Below are positions 61,653-64,000 of a stretch of 64,000 nucleotides of DNA, one piece after another. The first letter of the stretch is position 1, and each line of letters starts with the position of its first letter. The position numbers were made by a program, and so were the translations under genes. Source of the DNA: Meyerozyma guilliermondii (lineage: Eukaryota); contig CP128815.1 in assembly GCA_051546255.1 (NCBI GenBank), forward strand, positions 1,488,001 through 1,552,000. The letters are read 5' to 3'. The notes under the pieces are model-generated. The model did no database searches, was not told the origin of the DNA, and saw only the letters and a list, made by a program, of their open reading frames with translations.

Positions 61653-63530
61653 TTAGTGTTGGAAAGTGTGGATCTCGGGGACATGCTCAACTTTAACAAG
61701 CGGTCTATAAATGGGTCTCCACATTTGTGATTGAACCCACTTTAAACACTCATTGAAGTCTCGAGGTACATGGACCATTCCTCCGTCTGGTCTCTTTTCG
61801 CTTTCTACTCTGGAGGTACCTTCTTCTAAGGATTGTAAGATGAAAGCAGTAGCTACCTTAGCGCTCACCTCGTCGATTTCTTCCAATCTGGGAAGCAATC
61901 CGTTTTTAGGATTCTCCATCTTGGGAGACAACGATGCAAGTTGGTCAACGGCAGCAGAAATCATGGAGTCGGAAATGGTGGAACATCTGGACAAAACTGC
62001 TCCCAAACCAATTCCAGGGAATGTGAAGCAATTATTGTTCTCGGAAATGACATATCCATTGACAGGTTGGAAGGGTGATCCGGTTGCAATCAATGCATTG
62101 TTATCAGTCCATTTCATCAAGTCCTCTGGGATAGCCTCGTGCAAACGAGTAGGGTTTGACAAGGGGAAAATGATTGGTTGCTTATTGTGCTCGTACATGG
62201 CTCTCACCACTTCTTCAGTGAAAGCTCCCGGTTGTGTGGAACATCCCACAAGGGCCGTAGGTTTAACCTTTTTGATCACTTCCACCAAATTCTTTGTATC
62301 GATACCCTCCCAGTCGGCATCGTCATCAGCATAGCGTTTCTGGCCCTCGGTAGAATCATCATAAGATTTCAAAATCAAACCTCTTCTGTCCATACAGTGG
62401 ATGGACTTGCATGCTTCTTCTGTGGTAGCACCATGGCTGCGCATATGGTTAACGATTTGATCTGCAATTCCCAACCCTGCGGAACCTGCTCCGTAAATCA
62501 ACACTTTGGAGTCAAGAAGATTACGATTTGTGAATTTCAATGCTGCAGTCATCGAGGCCATAACCACAGCTCCGGTACCCTGGATATCGTCATTGAATGA
62601 AGGAATTGCTTGGCGATATTTGTGTAACATTGTACGTCCAGTGGAGACGCCAAAGTCTTCGTAATGGAGTACTGCGCTAGGAAACCGTTCTTTGACTGCG
62701 GTGATGAACTTGTCGATAAAGTCCCAGTATTGTTCACCACGGACTCTTGGAAACTTGTTGCCCATGTACAAGTCGTCAGAAAGAAGTTTTTCGTTATTAG
62801 TTCCCGTATCCAACACAACTGGCAAAGTTCTACCAGGATGAATACCTCCACATAATGTCATAAGTCCCAATTTTGCAATTGCAATTCTTACACCACCCAC
62901 ACCTTGGTCTCCGATACCCAAGATGCTCTCTCCATCAGAAACGACAATGTAGTCGATATCTTTGTCTTCTCCGTAGGACGCAAGACGCTGAGGAATGCTA
63001 TCAGGATCATTGATATCTAAGAAACATCCTTCAGGTTTACGGAACCGATGGGAGTATGCGGCAATGGCATCTCCTTCAGTGGGAGTGTAGATGATGGGTA
63101 ACATTTCACGAATGTGTTTTCTGACCAATTCATAGTAAAGAACCTTATTCTGCATTCTCATCGACACCAAAAAGTCATTTTTGGCTAATGGTGTTTTCAA
63201 GTAGGAAAATTGGGCATATGCTCTCCCCACTTGTTCCTCAAGGGTATTGACCTGGGAAGGTAATAAACCCGTCAATTTGAATGCCTCACGTTCTTGTCTG
63301 GTGAACGCTGAACCCTTGTTGAAAATTGGAGAGTTAAGAATTTGAAACCCTTCGAGATCACATTCAATGGCCCCTTCAATTGACAAACGGGTAGTCTTGG
63401 GTTTAAGAGATTCTATAGCAGCTCTTATTCCCACTGGGGTTTTGATGGTATGTGTGTGCACAGACTGGTGCTCGGCATTAGCTGCCGCCTTCTTGGCCAG
63501 ACTAGAAAGAAACCTGAAGTTACGAAGCAT
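61653..63530 (-). CDS. MAE1: Mitochondrial malic enzyme, 625 aa
   Basis: Presequence MLRNFRF; FNKGSAFT, PIIYTPTEG, DGESILGIGDQG, FNDDIQGTG, GAGSAGLG, IIFPLSNPT, NNCFTFPG. Confidence 0.96.
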   Translation of the reverse strand: MLRNFRFLSSLAKKAAANAEHQSVHTHTIKTPVGIRAAIESLKPKTTRLSIEGAIECDLEGFQILNSPIFNKGSAFTRQEREAFKLTGLLPSQVNTLEEQVGRAYAQFSYLKTPLAKNDFLVSMRMQNKVLYYELVRKHIREMLPIIYTPTEGDAIAAYSHRFRKPEGCFLDINDPDSIPQRLASYGEDKDIDYIVVSDGESILGIGDQGVGGVRIAIAKLGLMTLCGGIHPGRTLPVVLDTGTNNEKLLSDDLYMGNKFPRVRGEQYWDFIDKFITAVKERFPSAVLHYEDFGVSTGRTMLHKYRQAIPSFNDDIQGTGAVVMASMTAALKFTNRNLLDSKVLIYGAGSAGLGIADQIVNHMRSHGATTEEACKSIHCMDRRGLILKSYDDSTEGQKRYADDDADWEGIDTKNLVEVIKKVKPTALVGCSTQPGAFTEEVVRAMYEHNKQPIIFPLSNPTRLHEAIPEDLMKWTDNNALIATGSPFQPVNGYVISENNNCFTFPGIGLGAVLSRCSTISDSMISAAVDQLASLSPKMENPKNGLLPRLEEIDEVSAKVATAFILQSLEEGTSRVESEKRPDGGMVHVPRDFNECLKWVQSQMWRPIYRPLVKVEHVPEIHTFQH

Positions 63531-64000
63531 GATTGCAAAGAAAGGAACCGATTTGGAAACCGATGTGGAAAGCAAGATTGAAGAAATCGGCTATCGGGAA
63601 ATGCGGCTGAGCGGGCCAGCGGAATGGGGCTGAAAAAGGATGTACTAAAACCACGACACCTGTGGCTAATAAATTTTCTGGAAATGCTGCAAACGAGATC
63701 AATTAATATGGTGTTGCTTCGTGCATATGTCCGCGGTAAGAATCGGGACCAGTAGCGGGGCGTTGCCGCGATCGGAAGGTGAGGGGAGCGGAATCGGCGG
63801 TGGCTCAATATGGCAATTGTAGAGGAGTAATTGCTTGACAGGTAAGTGTACAATTTATAGAGTGTGGAGGTGATTACTAGAATGTCAAAACTTTAGAGTA
63901 GGTTGGTGTGCTTGGCTTTTGGATCTGAATTTTTCCGGCGCCGAAAGTCCGGTTCCATCTCCGACTCCGCGATGGGTCGGAGAATTTCGGAACGCGGGAG

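Noticed and set aside
63838..63850. CAG/GTAAGT donor on plus strand, and U1-like ACTTACCTG on minus strand
   Set aside because: No matching branch/acceptor or open upstream exon in the window, and no further U1 snRNA features recognised.

Overview
Very gene-dense eukaryotic DNA from a budding yeast of the CUG-Ser (CTG) clade. CTG codons fall at conserved Ser positions, and the compact layout suggests a Meyerozyma/Debaryomycetaceae-type genome (inference). I support about 37 protein-coding genes, mostly core. In order: DHA2 MFS transporter (partial), GPR1, a GPI wall protein, an AGP2-like permease, a Cu-only GPI-SOD, a TGL1-type lipase, two tandem Rpn4-type C2H2 zinc-finger genes, NPL6, PKP2, HPC2, BSD2, an AYR1-like SDR, SNF5, POL1, a secreted Kex2-site repeat protein, a syntaxin, a small spliced orphan gene, an ATF-type acetyltransferase, GEF1, URB2, SNU13, VMA3, NUP85, a DDB1/Mms1-like protein, HUL4, RIP1, PIN2, a short CDC13-like gene, a TPR-like gene, GGC1, PCF11, ADK1, three tandem SAY1-like esterases and MAE1. 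Six spliceosomal introns (43-229 nt) that the ORF track misses can be read from the sequence. No tRNA, rRNA, transposon or CRISPR was recognised. Best leads: the zinc-finger pair (shared unnamed helical segment, hidden 3-exon structure with competing acceptors), the hidden 114-aa spliced gene, the Kex2-site repeat precursor, a 10-bp-phased CuRE-like array by the Cu-only SOD, and the tightly packed SAY1 triplet. Nothing here is proven novel; all family calls are by eye without database searches.
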